Below, in pieces: positions 59,452 through 64,000 of a stretch of 64,000 nt of DNA. The notes beneath the pieces are model-generated. The model was given only the letters and a program-made list of their open reading frames with translations, was not told the origin of the DNA and did not search any database. Position numbers and translations under genes: made by a program. Position 1 is the stretch's first letter. Each line of letters begins with the position of its first letter. The stretch is taken from the NCBI GenBank assembly GCA_964016885.1, contig OZ024743.1, positions 320,292,001 to 320,356,000 of the forward strand, read 5' to 3'. This DNA is from Eledone cirrhosa (lineage: Eukaryota).

Positions 59452-61145
59452 TCAGTCCACTTGCTTCCAACTGCTGTTTCCATAGCCAGAATTTATTCTC
59501 TAGCTCCTCTACTCATTCTTCTATAAGAACCAGATCGTCAGCATAGAGAAGTTCCCATGGACAGCCAGTCTTAAACTACTCTGTTATGGCTTGGAGGACT
59601 ATAATAAACAAGAGCGGGCTGAGGACCGAACTTTGATGTTCTCCTACTTGTATCTGGAATTCCTCACTAAACTCCATTCCTACCCTGACTTTACTGACAG
59701 CACCTCTGTACAAAGTTTGCACTGTCCTCACAAGCCATTCCTCAACATCTAGTTTCCTTAGGGACCACCAGATGACAAATGGGGATGCCCTATCAAAGGC
59801 CTTCTCTAGGTCAACAAAGGCTAAGTATAGTGGCTTATTCTTCTCTAAGAACCACTTTTGTAATTGTCCCACCAAGAAGAGGGCATCTGTTGTGTTTAGT
59901 TTAGTGCCTACGTACCCTGATGCGTTCAGCAGCTCAACAACTATCCCCGACGGACCAGCAGCCTTACCATTTTTCATTTCCTTAATCGCCTCTTGGACCT
60001 TATATTCGTCAATCCCAATAGCTGGTCCCTTTGTTGGATCTACTGAGGGTAATTTCTCTCTCTCCCATTCGTTCTCCACATTCATCAGTCTCTCATAATG
60101 ACATTTCCAGGCCTCCTTTTTCTGATCATTCGCGATACTAAATACACCGGCATCATTCCGGACAAATTTATCTCCAACAACATCCTGATTTGCATTGACA
60201 CACTGCCTTGCAATGTGGAACAGCGCACGCCTCTGATCTTCCCGTCGCAGAACATTGGCAAACCCCCTATTCTTAGCCTCCCTGCGTGCTAAGTACACCT
60301 GACGTCTAGCTTCTCTCTTAGCGGCTGTATATCCTTATCTTCTCCCACCCTTTTTACAAGCCTTCCATGCTAGTCTTTTTGTCTCTAATGGCCTTATCTA
60401 CTGTGCTGTTCCACCACCAGGTTACTCTCTGTCTGGTTGGAGCTCTGCTCCAGCCACAAATTTCATCAGTAGCCTGCAGTAAGTTGTCACGTAAGAAATT
60501 CCAGTTATTATCTATGTCATACGTCTCTAAATCGTCTTCTTTTTCGTCATACACATCTTCAAGGGCTTTCCTAATTTTGTATTTTAGTGAAAGGTCTTTT
60601 AGCTTCCAGACTTTTCTTCTCCACACCTTTCTGTATGTCTCATTCCATCTCTTGCTTACTGAGATATCACTAACGACTAACCTATGCTGTGTGGTACATT
60701 CTTCCCCAGGGTATGCCTTGGTATTTGACACCATCTACCTGTCCCGCTGCTTAACTAGTAACAAGTCAATCTGGCTTATATGCTCGCCTGATTTGTGGGT
60801 TATTAGGTGGTTGGCAGGTGTCTGGAAGTTAGTGTTGCAAATGGTTAGTTCACTTGCATCACAAAATTCAAGAAGTCTCACTCCTTCTTCATTTCTTGAG
60901 CCGTAACCACCATGTACTCTAGTGCAACCATTCCGGAGCTGTCCAACATGACCATTGAAGTCCCCTGCTAGCATAACTATGTTTCCGTCATCTGTCATTG
61001 CGGTTGTTTGTAAAAGTTGCTCGTAAAAGCAGTCTTTCTCTTCTTTGCCTAGGCCTGCTTGGGGAGCATCAGCAGAGATGATTGTCAGTAGTCTCCTGCC
61101 TACAACTAATCTAAGCTTAATTATTCGATTACTAACTCGAACAAC

Positions 61146-61147
<2 letters not shown>
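59452..61147 (-). pseudogene. RTE LINE fragment, mirror of 15123-16823
   Basis: 240-aa ORF 59576-60298 differs from 15976-16698 at only a few residues; shares the internal deletion. Confidence 0.9.
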
Positions 61148-61201
<54 letters not shown>

Positions 61202-61202
61202 G

Positions 61203-61251
<49 letters not shown>

Positions 61252-61610
61252 ATATATGTTTTTGTATATATGTGTATATATGTGTGTATGGATTTACGTA
61301 AATGTTTATATGTATGCGTGTGTTGATTTTTATTGCGTGCGTGTGTGCGCGCGCGTATGTGTACGCATATACGTGGGTTATGTACCTTTGATATTCATCT
61401 ATCTAATTTATTTACATTTTTTTGTATGTGTATGTATGTGGATGTGTTTGTACATGTATGTATGTATGTGTATATATATATATATATGTATGTGCGTGTA
61501 TATATGTATATATATATGTATGCATATATATATATATGTGTGTGTATGTATATTTATTTCATATATATATACATATATGCGTGTTGGTTTGTATGTCTGT
61601 ATAGGTATAT

Positions 61611-62370
<760 letters not shown>

Positions 62371-63130
62371 AAGACCTTTCACAAAGTATACAGCTGATGT
62401 CCTTTAACATATGCCATGTGTCACGGTTATCTTTACACATCTTTCATTATATTCTACAATGTATGAATTTGGTTTGATCTTTTATTCTATAGCCTCAGAT
62501 TTTCGCTCAAACCTTCGTAGATTTTGTAAACAAATTATGACGTTATATGTTTTTCTACGTTTATAAATCTTTCTGGCAATTTCCTTTATTTACTTGTTGA
62601 TATAAAATAAGAATTAAATAGTATACCCCACATATATATATTTTTACTAGAAATTATTAATTTTGGCATAGACAGACGATTTTTATTTCTATTTTATGTT
62701 ATGAAAATCCCTTTTTTTATATTTGTTTTATTTTATTTTATTTTATTAATACATTTTTACACTTCTTAATCCAATTTTTAGTATTTAAACCCAATATAAA
62801 ATAATATACCCAGTTTCTATATTTAGGCCCCTAACATTTGAATACCGTCTATAATATTCGCACATATTTACTTTTTAACCGCTATTTACAGCTGTTTCCA
62901 TTTTAACAGCGTTCCTGATCAAAATATATCTCTCTCTCTTTCTCTTTCTTCCTTTTTTCTTCTTTTTTTCCTTTCTTTTCTTCTCTTCCTTTTCCTTTTT
63001 CTCCTCTTCTTGCCTTTCTTCTATTTTCCTATCTATTTCTTACTATAGTTTTAGTACTTATAATTCTGTCATATGTAGACTTAGCACTTTCCTGTAAACA
63101 AGTGTTATTATGCCTCTTATCATGTTACCT

Positions 63131-63200
63131 TATTTTATCTGATGAGAACACAATTTTTGTCCCAGGATAATTTTGTATTCGAAATACGCATAATAAAATA
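63131..63200 (+). ncRNA. Type I hammerhead 3' of the Penelope fragment, intact core
   Basis: tattttat-CTGATGA-gaacacaa..ttgtattc-GAAA-tacgca-TA-ataaaata. Confidence 0.8.
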
Positions 63201-63789
63201 TATGGAACTCTTTTAACCAGCTTTTAATTCCTCTTTATTATATGTATATATATATCTGTATAGATATAGATAGGTAAATATACACGGGTGTGTATGATTG
63301 TGTATAGAAGATTATATTAATAAGAGGAATTCCAACTTTGTCTGATTTACTCGTTTTATTTACAATCCTTTAAAATATATATAATGGTATTATAATGAAA
63401 TAGTATGATAGAATATTAAATTCTAAGTATTAATTGAACAAGTACTTTCATGCTTTCGCAATCTTCAGGTTCATGATATGTGGTGACAGTCGAGTTTGCA
63501 ATTTTCATGCATATCTGTATATATGCATATCGTGTGTATTTGTTTATTTTTAAGTTGTTTTTATTTATCCCCCCCCCCCCTCCCCCACACACTCACACCT
63601 TTCGTTGTCAGCACGTTCCCTTTTTTATTTTATTTTGATTTTGATTTCGGTTTTGATTTTCTTATATATATATTTTTTATTTTTTGTTCTTATTTATTTA
63701 GTTAGTTATTTCTGTTTCTAAACTACTTCTAAATTACTCGCACATATTGATACGTGCTAGTGCATGTATGTGTATGTATGTGTATATAC

Positions 63790-63943
<154 letters not shown>

Positions 63944-64000
63944 GTGTATGAGTGTGTGTGTATGTGTATATACACGTTCGCGTATGTATAGACCTTTTTG

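Overview
AT-rich eukaryotic repeat DNA, dense in (TA)n/(CA)n microsatellites, with no recognisable host gene. The SINE and RTE families and the microsatellite density suggest a cephalopod such as Octopus (inference). Positions 1-10.5 kb are a stack of decayed elements: R4/Dong-like and HERO/R2-like LINE remnants, a complete hAT-Buster transposon (8-bp TSD) containing a nested TTAGGG-cored foldback element, a Tx1 fragment and a Penelope fragment. From about 11.1 kb to the window end, the sequence is one giant, slightly diverged palindrome (left arm ~11094-34800, right arm 36562-64000 or beyond). Its 1.76-kb spacer is the RT region of a 5'-truncated Penelope-like element with an open 699-aa RT + GIY-YIG ORF. 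About 11 distinct families of minimal type-I hammerhead ribozymes occur across the window, two with the compensatory U3-A8 core. Several sit in non-coding tandem arrays (466-, 480- and 595-bp monomers) embedded in (TA)n tracts and capped by fold-back inversions. The picture is a Penelope-driven, (TA)n-associated retrozyme system whose fold-back signature recurs from about 60 bp to more than 23 kb. All calls are by eye and coordinates of degenerate elements are approximate.
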